From the NCBI GenBank assembly GCA_965237955.1, contig OZ250169.1, forward strand, positions 864,001 through 928,000: DNA of 64,000 nucleotides. Reading direction: 5' to 3'. Source of the stretch: Candidatus Marinacidobacterales bacterium. Lineage in GTDB: Bacteria > Acidobacteriota > Vicinamibacteria > Marinacidobacterales > SMYC01. A program made the position numbers and the translations under genes. The notes under the pieces are model-generated. The model was not told where the DNA came from. It did no database searches and was given only the letters and a program-made list of their open reading frames with translations. This document shows, piece by piece, positions 43,629-54,075 of this stretch; positions within the stretch are counted from its first letter, which is position 1; each line of letters starts with the position of its first letter.

Positions 43629-46628
43629 ATGTTATTTAAGGCAATTGCTCAAGGTGGACCACGACGCGCCTTGGTGGTGGTGCCGCTGGCCCTTTTACTG
43701 GCCTGCGGGGCGGCCTTCGCGCAGGAAGACACCGGAACCATCTACGGCAAGGTAACAGATGATCAAGGGCTTGCGGTACCCGGCGCTACGGTGACGGTCT
43801 CGAGTCCGGATCACATCAAGTCGGAAGTTCGAGTCACGACCGACCTGGGTACCTACCGTGTTCTGAGGCTACAGCCCTCGTCCAACTACTCGGTGCAGGT
43901 GGAGTTGGGGGGATTCGCAACCCGTAACTTTAGAGAGGTCAATGTGCATGCCGGGCAGCATATTGAAGTCAATGCGATACTGTCCCCGTCCGCGGTGCAG
44001 GAGACCGTGACCGTCATTGGAGAGACGCCACTGGTTGACGTCAAGAGTACGCAGCAGATGCGGACGCTCGAGCAGGATCGGCTCCAGAACATCCCCCTGG
44101 GGCGAGGTTATGACGATCTCCTCGTTTCGATGTCGGGCGTCCTGGATACTGAGTATGTTTTCGCTCCGAACCAAACGGTTCTCGGGAGCGACGCCCGGGG
44201 CAACCGGTACACCATCGATGGAGCGTATGCCAATGACACCACGGCAGGCTACATCTTGACGGATATCCCGATCGACATGATCGAGGAAGTCCAGGTAACG
44301 ACCGGGGGTGCAACGGCGGAGTTTGGTAATTCCAATGGCGGGGTTTTCAACTTCGTGACCAAGTCAGGAGGGAACGAGTTCTCCGGTTCAGGGTACTATT
44401 ACTACCAAGGCGAAGGCACGGAGTGGAGCAACATCACGCCTGAGCTCGAGCGGGAACTGGGGGCGAAATCGAGTATCATAAAGGACACGGACGTAGGCGG
44501 AACTTTTGGGGGACCGATCAAGAAAGATGCTGTCTGGTTCTTCGCCAATGCCCGTTACCTGGACAAAAGTTTCCTATCACCCCTCATCCCCACCCAGCCG
44601 GACGAGACCACTCAGAGACAGGGCTTCTTTAAGGTCACCGGTCAGATAGGCGACAACACCCGCGCTTTCGGCTCGGCGACGCTTCGGCAGCAAAATAGAT
44701 TTCCGTCCAACGTTACCGATTTTAGTAGGGCCGCCGACCCGCTAACCTGGGACAGCCAAATACGGAAACAGAAGATCTGGAATCTCGGTTTGACGCATCT
44801 AATCGGCACCGATACCATTGTGGACCTCAGGTGGAACCGGCAGGAAAAACAGTTTATTCACGATCAACCCAACAACCCGGACCGCATAATGGGCTTTTTT
44901 GACGTCGCTACGGGCTTGTATTCTGGGGGGTTAACCCGGCAGGTGGACCATCCGTCTTGCCGGTGTTCGTGGGGAGCGGGCGCTAATGTCTCGCACTTCC
45001 GCGAGAATGCGGCTGGCTCACACGAGCTCAAGGCCGGCTTCTACATGGATCGCCCTAACTCGAAAAAGTCCTTTTTTGTCCCCGATGGTGGGGACACCTA
45101 CCAACAGCTCTTTGACGGAGTGCCCTTTCGTGTATCCCTTCGGAACTTGCCGAGGGTTACACGCAGCGCTATTAACCGCTATGCATTCTTTTTGCAGGAC
45201 CAATGGACGATTGGAGATCGGCTCACCCTGAACCTGGGAGTGCGGTGGGAAAACACGGAAGGCTGGCTCCCCGAGACAACTACGGGTGGCGGCCGCTGGT
45301 TCCCCGAGGTCACCTTCCCGGAGACCCGCGACGCCGTCAACTGGAACACCGTCGCGCCGCGTCTTGGTGTGGTGTATGCGCTGGGTGAGGCAAAAAGGAC
45401 TTCTCTCAAGGCCTATTACGGGCGACACTACAGGTCCATGCTCACCGGGATTTTGGGTCCCCTTTCACCCTCTTCGGGAGGAAGCGAAACGTACGCATGG
45501 AACGACCTGAATGGTAACGGCACGTTCCAGGACGGTGAGCAGGGAACGCTTATCGGGAGTGGATTCGACCCTCGAAGGCTGGACCCCGAGTTTGGGAAGC
45601 GAGTGGACCGCCAACGCGACTTGACAAATTCCTACGTGGATGCGTTTCACTTCACGGTCGAGCATGAGCTGAATAACAACACGGTCGTGTCGGTGGGAGC
45701 AAGCTTCAAGCGCGACAAAAACATCATCGAGACCACTACGGTGCGGGAAAGAGGAGACCAAGAAAACCCGTTCAATGATTACCGCGAGATTCAGGTACTC
45801 AACCAGTGGGACCAAACGCCTTTCACCATCTATGCCCTGAGGCCGGAATTCTTGGGGGACCGCAGTACTTCTATCATTATGAACCCCGACTTTGCGGTTA
45901 CGGGGGGGCTTTTCCGAGACTACGACGGAGTGGAGTTTCGTGTGCAAAGGCGCTTTCGTGACGGCTGGCAACTGATGGCCTCCTACAACCTCAGCGAAAC
46001 CTATGGCAACATCGCCAATGACTACGCCGGCACCTCGTCCACCAACGTTATATACAGGAACCCCAATGCGACAATCGTCCATAATATAGGCCCGCTGGTC
46101 CTGGACGCTCCCCACCAGTTCAAGCTCCAGGGGACCTACACGCTCCCCGGCGAGGTTCTCGTGAGCGGCTTCTTCCAGGCCGTGTCCGGTTATACCCACC
46201 AGATAAAGAAACAAAGTAGCTCTCTCCGACTGGGTCAGGGAAACTACGTGGGGCAATACTTCCCGCTCTGCCCCTCCGGTAGTGCTGGCGGCGGAGCGAA
46301 AGGAGATGGCGGCGGCGGTGGCGGTTGCAGGACCGCCGAGGCAGGCGGTGTTCCCGGTATCGTGGTGGAGAGCCTCATCCAAATACCTTTACAGGCAAGG
46401 GGTACTTTTCGCCACGACTTCAGAACGAAATTAGACCTTCGAGTCGAAAAGCAGTTTCGGTTCGGGGACACCTACAGACTGGGGCTCATCGTCGATATGT
46501 TCAATGTAACCAACATCAACCGGGTTACGGCTTATCAGTCATTGTTCCTCGGCATACCCCAATTCCTGAAGCCATCGGACATCGAACTACCCCGTGTTTT
46601 GAGATTGGGAATACGCTTCAATTTTTAA
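43629..46628 (+). CDS. TonB-dependent receptor (Oar-like, carboxypeptidase-regulatory N-domain)
   Basis: G.VTDDQG.AVPGATV, AEFG...GGVFNFVTKSGGN, LTLNLGVRWE, C-terminal RFNF. Confidence 0.92.
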   Translation: MLFKAIAQGGPRRALVVVPLALLLACGAAFAQEDTGTIYGKVTDDQGLAVPGATVTVSSPDHIKSEVRVTTDLGTYRVLRLQPSSNYSVQVELGGFATRNFREVNVHAGQHIEVNAILSPSAVQETVTVIGETPLVDVKSTQQMRTLEQDRLQNIPLGRGYDDLLVSMSGVLDTEYVFAPNQTVLGSDARGNRYTIDGAYANDTTAGYILTDIPIDMIEEVQVTTGGATAEFGNSNGGVFNFVTKSGGNEFSGSGYYYYQGEGTEWSNITPELERELGAKSSIIKDTDVGGTFGGPIKKDAVWFFANARYLDKSFLSPLIPTQPDETTQRQGFFKVTGQIGDNTRAFGSATLRQQNRFPSNVTDFSRAADPLTWDSQIRKQKIWNLGLTHLIGTDTIVDLRWNRQEKQFIHDQPNNPDRIMGFFDVATGLYSGGLTRQVDHPSCRCSWGAGANVSHFRENAAGSHELKAGFYMDRPNSKKSFFVPDGGDTYQQLFDGVPFRVSLRNLPRVTRSAINRYAFFLQDQWTIGDRLTLNLGVRWENTEGWLPETTTGGGRWFPEVTFPETRDAVNWNTVAPRLGVVYALGEAKRTSLKAYYGRHYRSMLTGILGPLSPSSGGSETYAWNDLNGNGTFQDGEQGTLIGSGFDPRRLDPEFGKRVDRQRDLTNSYVDAFHFTVEHELNNNTVVSVGASFKRDKNIIETTTVRERGDQENPFNDYREIQVLNQWDQTPFTIYALRPEFLGDRSTSIIMNPDFAVTGGLFRDYDGVEFRVQRRFRDGWQLMASYNLSETYGNIANDYAGTSSTNVIYRNPNATIVHNIGPLVLDAPHQFKLQGTYTLPGEVLVSGFFQAVSGYTHQIKKQSSSLRLGQGNYVGQYFPLCPSGSAGGGAKGDGGGGGGCRTAEAGGVPGIVVESLIQIPLQARGTFRHDFRTKLDLRVEKQFRFGDTYRLGLIVDMFNVTNINRVTAYQSLFLGIPQFLKPSDIELPRVLRLGIRFNF

Positions 46629-46684
46629 CCAGGGTTTCTAAGGTTGAGAAGGCGTAAGTTCTAGGTCTCGAAGGACGACACAAA

Positions 46685-46716
46685 CCGGGGCGCCAGGTTG
46701 GCGCCCCGTTTTTTTT
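46685..46716 (+). terminator. Rho-independent terminator
   Basis: CGGGGCGCCA-GGT-TGGCGCCCCG followed by a T run. Confidence 0.8.
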
Positions 46717-46794
46717 GGTGCGCCAGGCATGGCGCTGTCAACCGTGGAGCGAAAGCGAAACGGGAAGTGACTAGGAGGTGCCCTTTGAAAAAAA

Positions 46795-48178
46795 GGGTCT
46801 ACGCGGGTTCGTGTGGGTTGAAAACGGCATTTCTGGGTAATGGCGGAAGGAATGCCGCCACGATCTTCAGCTTGAGATATCCCTCGTCACGATAGCCGTA
46901 GGCGCGTCGTTGCAGAACACGGATTTTGTTGTTGACCCCTTCAACCAGTCCGAGACTGACTTTGTTCTCAGGATGACAGTAGGAGGCGATACCATCCCAA
47001 TGGGACTCAATCATTCCGGCGAACTTCTGGTAGGGATGCAGGCGCTGCCATTTGAGGCTGTCTTTCCAACGTGTGAAAAAGGCGCGAGCCCCGCGTTCGG
47101 TGCGGTAATCCCAGAGTTGCCCGAAGGCCTCCTTCAAAACATAGGCGGTGTTCAGGCGCCGGTTGGCCTGGAGCAACTTCTTGAGTGCGCGGCGACCGTC
47201 CAGGCTCAGGTTCTCCCGCCGGGAAAGCAACGTGTAACGCTGCCCCTTGATATACGACCGGTCCTCGCCGCTGAGGCGTTTGTACTCACGGCGCCGGACC
47301 TCATCGAGAGCCTTTGACAGGTGACGCATGATATGAAACTTGTCGAAGATGATCCGCGCATTGGGTGCGTTGTTAATCACCGAGTTCCGGAAGGGCTTCC
47401 ACATATCCATGGCGGCCAGCTTGATACGGGCGCTTTTCTTCCCGCCCAGCGCCTTGAAGAACAAATCGATGTCGGTTTCTTTGCGACCCTCACCGCCCAC
47501 CCAGATGGGACGCGCCCGCTCCAGGTCGCTGACAATGACACGATAGTTATGTCCCTTGCGGATGGAGATCTCATCGATACCGATGGCCCGAGGCGCCGGC
47601 AGCCCCGCCCGCTCGACTTGCTCTTGCATGTAGAGCTTATCCAGGTCCTTCACCGTAGTGTGGTGCAGACGTTCCATCTCGGCCACCGCCTTGTTCGGCA
47701 TATCCCGGCACAGCTTGCCCACATGCGTCGCAAAGCGCTGGGTGTAGCGCGGGTTGTTCGCCAGCCAGTCCAAGTGTTCTACATGCACACCACCGCACCC
47801 ACGACAGTTGACGCGCCAACGCTCGTATTCCAGATAGATCCGCCAGCCTGCCAACGACAGGTCGCGGACCCGGCACACTTGCTTGTCATAGCGCCCCCGG
47901 CACCGATGCCCACAGTACGAGCACACGGCTGTTTTTTTCGCCTCTTGAGCTGGATGACGCGGGCGTATCGGTCACCGAATACACCGTTCAATCGGGCGCC
48001 AGCCACGAAACCTGGTAGCGCAAAAAGCGAGCGGATCGACTGGGGATTTTTCACTCGGTTAGCCTATCCTAAAAACGGATCACTTCTCAGCACCTGATGA
48101 AGTGCTGAATACCTTTTCCACACAATGAGTTACACTATTTCTCCGTCAGCATTCGCCCACAGATTTCCGCGTAGACCC
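46795..48178 (-). mobile_element. ISL3-family IS, two overlapping ORFs
   Basis: IR GGGTCTACGCGG, 8-bp TSD GAAAAAAA; zinc finger, GIDE, MDMW, FDKFH; A7C slippery site near 47931-47938. Confidence 0.92.
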
Positions 48179-48345
48179 GAAAAAAAAGGAAGTCCTCTGG
48201 GGACCTTAATGGCAGGAACCCCTAGTCCCCTGGATCTTTGATTACTATACAAAGTTAGGCTTTTCGCCAGCCCATAAGATTCATAAGATTCATGCACTTA
48301 GAAGGGTTTCGGCAAGCTCTGCTTTATCTAGTTTGTTCTGATACA

Positions 48346-48540
48346 GGGGACTAGCCGAACAGCAACTGCGTCACCGCGAGGTGGGGTGGGAAGGAAGCTG
48401 TAAGCAAACTCCTGGCCCGAGGAACACGAAGTGCATACGAGGCGGCTTGTAGGTGGGCGAGAGGGCCAGAAGACTCGAAGCCCAATGCCATCCGGACCGA
48501 CAGGACGTATATGCACCGGGTATATGGGAGTAAAGTCACG
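48346..48540 (+). ncRNA. Group IIC-like intron domain I fragment
   Basis: CCGAACAGCAACTGCGTCACCGCGAGGTGGGGTGGGAAGGAAGC...GGAACACGAA; cut by IS21. Confidence 0.65.
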
Positions 48541-48954
48541 TGCGTATTCCAGCCATCGTGAACGCCGAATCCAGAGCAAGCTGAACAGCGAATCCGGTGA
48601 AGCCGAACGCTCATCGAAGCGATGAAGTGTTGGGTGACCTCCTTTCCACTGATTGAAAACGTGAACCTATCTTACCTGCGTGTTGTGTAGCAAGGGGCGG
48701 CAGGTCGGTGCCGGAGGGAGCGGGCGTAAGGAAAGACGCGAAGCGACCTTCCCGCTCCCGTAGGCAGCGACCTGCCGCGGCCGAACCCCGGGCGATGTGG
48801 GGCTGGTTTCGGGGGGTTGCTGGGGTATGGCCTGGCTCGAGAAGACGCTTCCTGAGGCATTCTCGCGCGTCGTTTTGGCGCCGCATCGTCTGGTACCCCG
48901 GGTTTGGCGGTTTCACCCGTTTTTATCGCATCGACGCTGTGGTCCCTCGCTCGC

Positions 48955-49713
48955 TCATGCATCGGCGTTGTCAAATGCCTTTGGCGCAGCCTTGGTCTTT
49001 CTCAGAGAAGCTCCTTTGAGAGTGATGCGGTGCGCGCTGTGGAGAATGCGATCGCAGATAGCGTCTGCCTGGTTTGGGTCGCCAATCGCTTCGTGCCACT
49101 GCTTGAGCGGAATCTGGGTCGCGATGAGTGTGGAGCCACGCTCGGCGCGGTCTTCGATGACCTCCATTAGATCCCGTCTCTCCGATTCTTTCAGCGGGTG
49201 AAGCAGCCAATCATCGATAGCCAGTAAGTCCAGCTTGGCGAGTTTCGTCAAAAGCCGGGCGTAGGAACCATCACCACGAGCGACCGCGAGCTCGTGGAGC
49301 AAGCGCGGTGCTCGCACGTAGCATCCGGTGAAGCCGCGACGACAGGCCCGCTCCACGAAGGCGCAAGCCAAGAACGATTTGCCAATCCCCGTCGGGCCGG
49401 TGATGAGCAGGTTATGGCGCTCACCGACAAAGCGGCAGTTGCCCAGGCTCAAGATCTGTTCGCGGTTTAAGCCTCGAGGCGCTTGGAAGTTCACGTTCTC
49501 CAAACATGCCGGATAGCGGAGCTTTGCCGCTCGCAGTCGTCGAGAAAGCTTACGCTGTTCGCGGGCGGTCCACTCGGCATCGACCAGGAGTCCCACACGT
49601 TCCTCGAAGCTCAGCTCCTTGTATTCGCTCGAGCTCAACTGGGTTTCGAACGCGGACACCAAGCCGAACAACTTCATGGCGTTCATCTTTTCTATCGTTT
49701 CGGGTGTCAGCAT
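48955..49713 (-). CDS. istB: IS21 helper ATPase
   Basis: GPTGIGKS, LLAIDDW, ADAICDRI. Confidence 0.92.
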   Translation of the reverse strand: MLTPETIEKMNAMKLFGLVSAFETQLSSSEYKELSFEERVGLLVDAEWTAREQRKLSRRLRAAKLRYPACLENVNFQAPRGLNREQILSLGNCRFVGERHNLLITGPTGIGKSFLACAFVERACRRGFTGCYVRAPRLLHELAVARGDGSYARLLTKLAKLDLLAIDDWLLHPLKESERRDLMEVIEDRAERGSTLIATQIPLKQWHEAIGDPNQADAICDRILHSAHRITLKGASLRKTKAAPKAFDNADA

Positions 49714-51262
49714 CGGGACTCTCCTCCTTCGTAGTGATCCGCGCCTCGGATGTTCTCGTGCTCCTCTCGCGGTTTCGCTTCGGCGTCCGATTCGAGCACC
49801 ACACGATCCAGACCAGCCGAGAGAATGTTTTTCACCGTGCGATAGCTGTAAGAGCTCAAAGCTTCCGCTCGTGCGCAAGCGGCCTCGAGACGCTCACTGC
49901 CCCAGCGGCTGCCTAGTCGCATGACTCCCAGGCAAGAGCGAAATCCCTGCTCCGGGTGAGGCCGACTCTCTAGAATCCCCGCAACCAGCCTTCCCGTGGC
50001 GCGACCTGACTGCTCCGCCCAGTGGAGCAGCCGCGACGGCGTCCACTCCAGGTGCTCCCGATGCGAACGTGGCATATGCTCCGGGTTCGTGGAGTAGTGC
50101 CCCTTTCCTTTCTTGCGGGGATGCGACGCGACGCGCTTTCCCTTGAACAGGACCTCCACCACCGAGGCCGTCACCCGTGCCTCGACTTTCTCGTGAATGA
50201 GCTGATAGGGAACGCTGTACAAGTTGTTCTCCACCTCCACGTGGTAGTCGATGTTCACTCTGCACCGCTTCCACGTCGATAACTCGTAGCTCTCCTGCGG
50301 TAGCGGTTTCAGTACGGGCCGGTCTAGCCTTTCGTACAACTCCCGCCGACTCACACCGAGCTTCTGCATCGGACGCGCATTCAGGACCTCTAACTTCTCC
50401 CAGATGGCTTCGTTCAGTTCCGCCAGGCTGAAGAACGTGCGATGACGAAGCACCGCCAGGATCCAGCGCTGCGCCACCTGCACTGCCGACTCCACCTTCG
50501 CTTTGTCTTTCGGCTTGAACACCCGAGCCGGGACCACAACCGCACCGTAATGCGTCGCCAGCTCTTCGTACGTCCGGTTGATCCCTGGCTCGTAACGGTC
50601 CACCAAATCCACGCCGCTCTTCAAGTTGTCCGGAACCCAGATCTCCGTACTGCCACCGAAGTAATCCGACATCCCCTTATGGGCCTTCGCCCACGATTCC
50701 AGCGACTGGTTCAGTGTCGCTTCGACGTAGGTGTAACTGCTCGCGCCCAACGTCCCGACGAACAGCTCCATTTCGACGAGCTCTCCCGTTTTCGGATCGA
50801 CGATGTGAGGCTTCTTCCCCGAAAATCGACGAATGTCTTCTCGCCTGCTCGATGCCGTTGACGCATCGTCGGGTTCAGCTTCTTCTTCCACTGACCGTAC
50901 AGCTCGCAATAACGGCTGTAGCCGTACGCTCCCGGCTTATTCTCCGCGTACTCCACCCACAGCTGCAGCAACGTCAGCTCTCGGTGACGCCTCAGCTCCT
51001 CGTGGATGTGGGCATAGTCCAGACCCGGCCGTGCGCCAGACGAGCCCGGCGGCGGAAACAGCCCTGCCTCCAGCTCCCCTTCGCTCAGCTCCTCCGGGAG
51101 CGGCCAGCTCAGACCACCCTTCTTCGCCTTGGCCAGGTACTCACTCACCGTTCCAACCGCCACGCGAAGTGCCTTTGCGATCATGCGGTGAGTAAAACCC
51201 AGCTCGTACTTTAACCTTAGAACCTCTCGTATTTTTCTCATCGATAACCTCTTAGCTGCCAT
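49707..51262 (-). pseudogene. istA: IS21 transposase, frameshift near 50820
   Basis: MRKIREVLRL, VPDNLKS, KPKDKAKVE. Confidence 0.9.
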
Positions 51263-51482
51263 TTCCTAGATCGTCCTCCTTCCGGGTACGACCTAGAGTT
51301 GCCTTGAAACGTGCTATCGATGAGCGTTCGCGATGCCGGAACCGGCGTTCACGTTGCCTGGAATCCGTGTTCACCTTCCCCGGAATCGATGTTCACGATC
51401 CCCGGAATCCGTGTTCACGATGCTTTGGAATGGATGTTCACCTTCGGCTGGAATCTGCGTTCACGATGCCCCGGAATACGCA

Positions 51483-51916
51483 GTCGACCGCTTCGTACCT
51501 CTCAGTGAGCGACACCTGCGCACAGCGGTAACCGAATACGTAGTGCACTATCACACAGAACGGAACCACCAAGGTCTCGGCAACGAGCTCCTCACACCTC
51601 TGCCGGCAAGCGCGAATGACGCTGGCCCCATCGTGTCGCGAGAGCGACTTGGGGGCATTCTCAACTACTACTGCCGTGCCGCGTAGATGGTCGCCGGCGA
51701 CGGTAGCCCCTCGGCGGGCTCGACCGGCGTAGCGTGGAAACAGCTTCAGGAACACGCTTCGATATTCGCTCTCGAATAGGTGGTCATCTGCATAGTGACG
51801 ACCCGCCCGCCCAAGACGATTGTAAAGCCCACGGCCCTTGGCCCGGTCGCAAACACAGACACTAAAGTTGCTGATTTATGGCCTATTTCAAAAGGGCCGA
51901 GTTTTGGCACAGGACG
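51483..51916 (+). mobile_element. A-type IS 3' fragment and right TIR
   Basis: Matches ~30717-31148. Confidence 0.9.
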
Positions 51917-51970
51917 GGGTGACGATCTTCTCAACATCACAATCGGGATGGAAACGCCTCGTTTACAGGC

Positions 51971-52414
51971 TCAGGACGCGAACGCCCAGAATTTAACCTT
52001 CTCCGGAACGATCTTGATGAGTAGTCGTTGAGGGATGCTAGACGAGGCATACTGCGGGTACTTCTTTCTCAGGAGCTTGACCGCTGCCCGGTGCTCGCTC
52101 CCGAAGGGGCCGTTGGGGCCAATGGTGGAGGCCGACCCGCTCACGAGCACGTAGGCGAGCTCGCTCCAGTCGTGGGAGTAGGTGTCGACCACGAGCGATA
52201 CGCTGGGGTTTGCCTCGATGTTTCGAAGTCGCTGGAGCCGCCCCCAGGAGACGCTCTTCGGTTTGTCGTCGATGGGAGAGTAGAATCGGCCATCGCATAG
52301 GACAAAGCAGACCGGAACCACTGTCGGGGAGCCAGCCTCGTTGACGGTCGCTAGGCGAGCTACCGGCTGGGAGAGCAAGAGCTGTTTCGCTCTGTCCTTG
52401 AGGTTCTCTAGCAT
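51971..52414 (-). CDS. PPOX-class (pyridoxamine 5'-phosphate oxidase-like) oxidoreductase
   Basis: VARLAT...P.VVPVCF, IDDKPK, RLRNIEANP.VSLVVD.Y..DW, KYPQY. Confidence 0.88.
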   Translation of the reverse strand: MLENLKDRAKQLLLSQPVARLATVNEAGSPTVVPVCFVLCDGRFYSPIDDKPKSVSWGRLQRLRNIEANPSVSLVVDTYSHDWSELAYVLVSGSASTIGPNGPFGSEHRAAVKLLRKKYPQYASSSIPQRLLIKIVPEKVKFWAFAS

Positions 52415-53266
52415 ATCGACACCAAGCGCATCCGTCGTCATCTCGTCTCACAACCCGTGCGGATGAATAAATAGAAGGCACGGAGGTCCTCGCCGGCGAC
52501 CGCCAGTTCATCGCGCGCCCTCGAGAAGCGGAAGTGCCCGCCCCCTGCTGACGTGGCCGACGCGGTCGCCAAGTTGCTCGACGCGCTGAAGACCCCGGTC
52601 AAAGTCGTTACCGCATTCGCTCTCGACATGGTGACGACCCGTCCGCCCAAGACAATTGCAGAGCCCACGGCCCTTGGCCCAGTCGCAAACACAGACACTA
52701 AGCTGTTGATTTTATCAGCTATTTCAAAAGGGCTGAGTTTTGGCACACGACGGGCTGCTACGTTTCTACCATCGGGAAGCCGCATGAGTATTTTGACCTC
52801 ACGAGCTTGGCGATGAGCGATTGAGTTGACGAGCGCCGCCGGTATCCCTTTGGACCCCGTCCTGTGCCAAAACTCAGCCCTTTTGAAATAGACCACAAAT
52901 CAGCAGCTTAGACGCCCTTGGAATCCGCGCAGAATCGAGGGTATTTCGCGCCGCAGGGCTGGCTTCCGACCCCTGGGCTGCGGGTGGCGAGCGACAGGCC
53001 CACCGGCCGACCGGAGACTAATCAAGTTCGGTGCCCGCGGATGAATAAATAGAAGGCACAGGAGTAGCTGTTGCCGGCGGCTTTCGCCAAGTGCCGGTTG
53101 TGATCCGCAAAAAAGAAGATCGACCAGAAGCACCCGACCATAAGCAGGTCTAAAACGCGCAATCAACGCTGGATCGACTTTTTGCGGAGCACAGCTCTCT
53201 GTTGGGTGTCTTGGTCATTTCTCCGCCGTTTCCGGCATGCGGAATCAATCATCGCCGCGTCGGCCA

Positions 53267-53698
53267 TCACTCTGGACCCATCACCAAGTCCTCTAGAATC
53301 GCCACCCCGCCGCCGTGCTCGGTCGCTGCCACGGCATTCGCGAAGCGCGTATCAGCCGTCGCCAGCGTGGCGCCGATGCGATGCGCGAGCGCCAAGTAAA
53401 CGCAATCGTAGACCGGCCTGTCGAGCGCAAGTGCAAGGCGGACCGCGTCCGCACAAATGAGCTCGTCATCGGACCAGCGGATCGGCATTTCACGAACGGC
53501 AGCAGCCAGCACCCCGGCCTCGCCATGCCCAATCTCGCCCAGCCGGGCCTTGCGCCACAGCGCATTGGCGATCTCAGATACCATCAGGCGCGGTGCGTGC
53601 AGGTCATGGTCGCCTTCGAGCAGCCGCTCCGCCGATGCAGATCCCTCTTCCTCGACCAGCCACTTGACCGCAACGCTGGCGTCCACGACCAAGCGCAT
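53267..53698 (-). CDS. vapC: PIN-domain toxin
   Basis: VVDASVAVKW, EIANAL, VYDCVYLALA, TAD. Confidence 0.9.
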   Translation of the reverse strand: MRLVVDASVAVKWLVEEEGSASAERLLEGDHDLHAPRLMVSEIANALWRKARLGEIGHGEAGVLAAAVREMPIRWSDDELICADAVRLALALDRPVYDCVYLALAHRIGATLATADTRFANAVAATEHGGGVAILEDLVMGPE

Positions 53699-53955
53699 TA
53701 GACAATCCGATGTCCGCTCTCGCGATCTTCCCGGATGAGAATTTCAGAGGGTGTCTGTACGCGACCCTTGGTGCCGCGCCGCAGTTTTACAGCTAGCTCT
53801 TGGAAGGACTTCCGCTTCATCGCCATATCGTCTTCAGCAGCGGCGGAGAGAATGTGCCGCGCCTCGCTCTCCAAGGAACGATTGTTCGCGGCGGCGCGCC
53901 GCTTGAGACGCTGCACTACGTGGTCATCGAGTTGCCGCACGTTGACTGTTGCCAT
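53698..53955 (-). CDS. FitA-like ribbon-helix-helix antitoxin
   Basis: MATVNVRQLDD....LKRRAA.NNRSLE.E.R.IL; overlaps the toxin start. Confidence 0.88.
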   Translation of the reverse strand: MATVNVRQLDDHVVQRLKRRAAANNRSLESEARHILSAAAEDDMAMKRKSFQELAVKLRRGTKGRVQTPSEILIREDRESGHRIV

Positions 53956-54075
53956 GGCTTTCTCCAGAACTTAATGCTATCAAAATGTTATCACAACACA
54001 GCGGCAGGTACAAAAACCAGCCGCCCGCGTCTTCAATTGCTGGTATGGGATCCCGGTAGGGTCGAGGGCTGGCAC

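Larger units (their letters stand above)
48541..51482 (-). mobile_element. IS21-family IS
   Basis: IRs TGCGTATTCC...CATCGTGAACG; ~22-bp periodic GTTCAC repeats at 51321-51482. Confidence 0.92.

Noticed and set aside
51321-51482. ~22-bp periodic repeats as a mini-CRISPR or iterons
   Set aside because: They lie in the IS21 left end, where multiple transposase-binding repeats are expected
32957-52752. Classical integron with attC sites
   Set aside because: No tyrosine integrase, no RYYYAAC...GTTRRRY palindromic sites, and cargo genes are cut mid-frame
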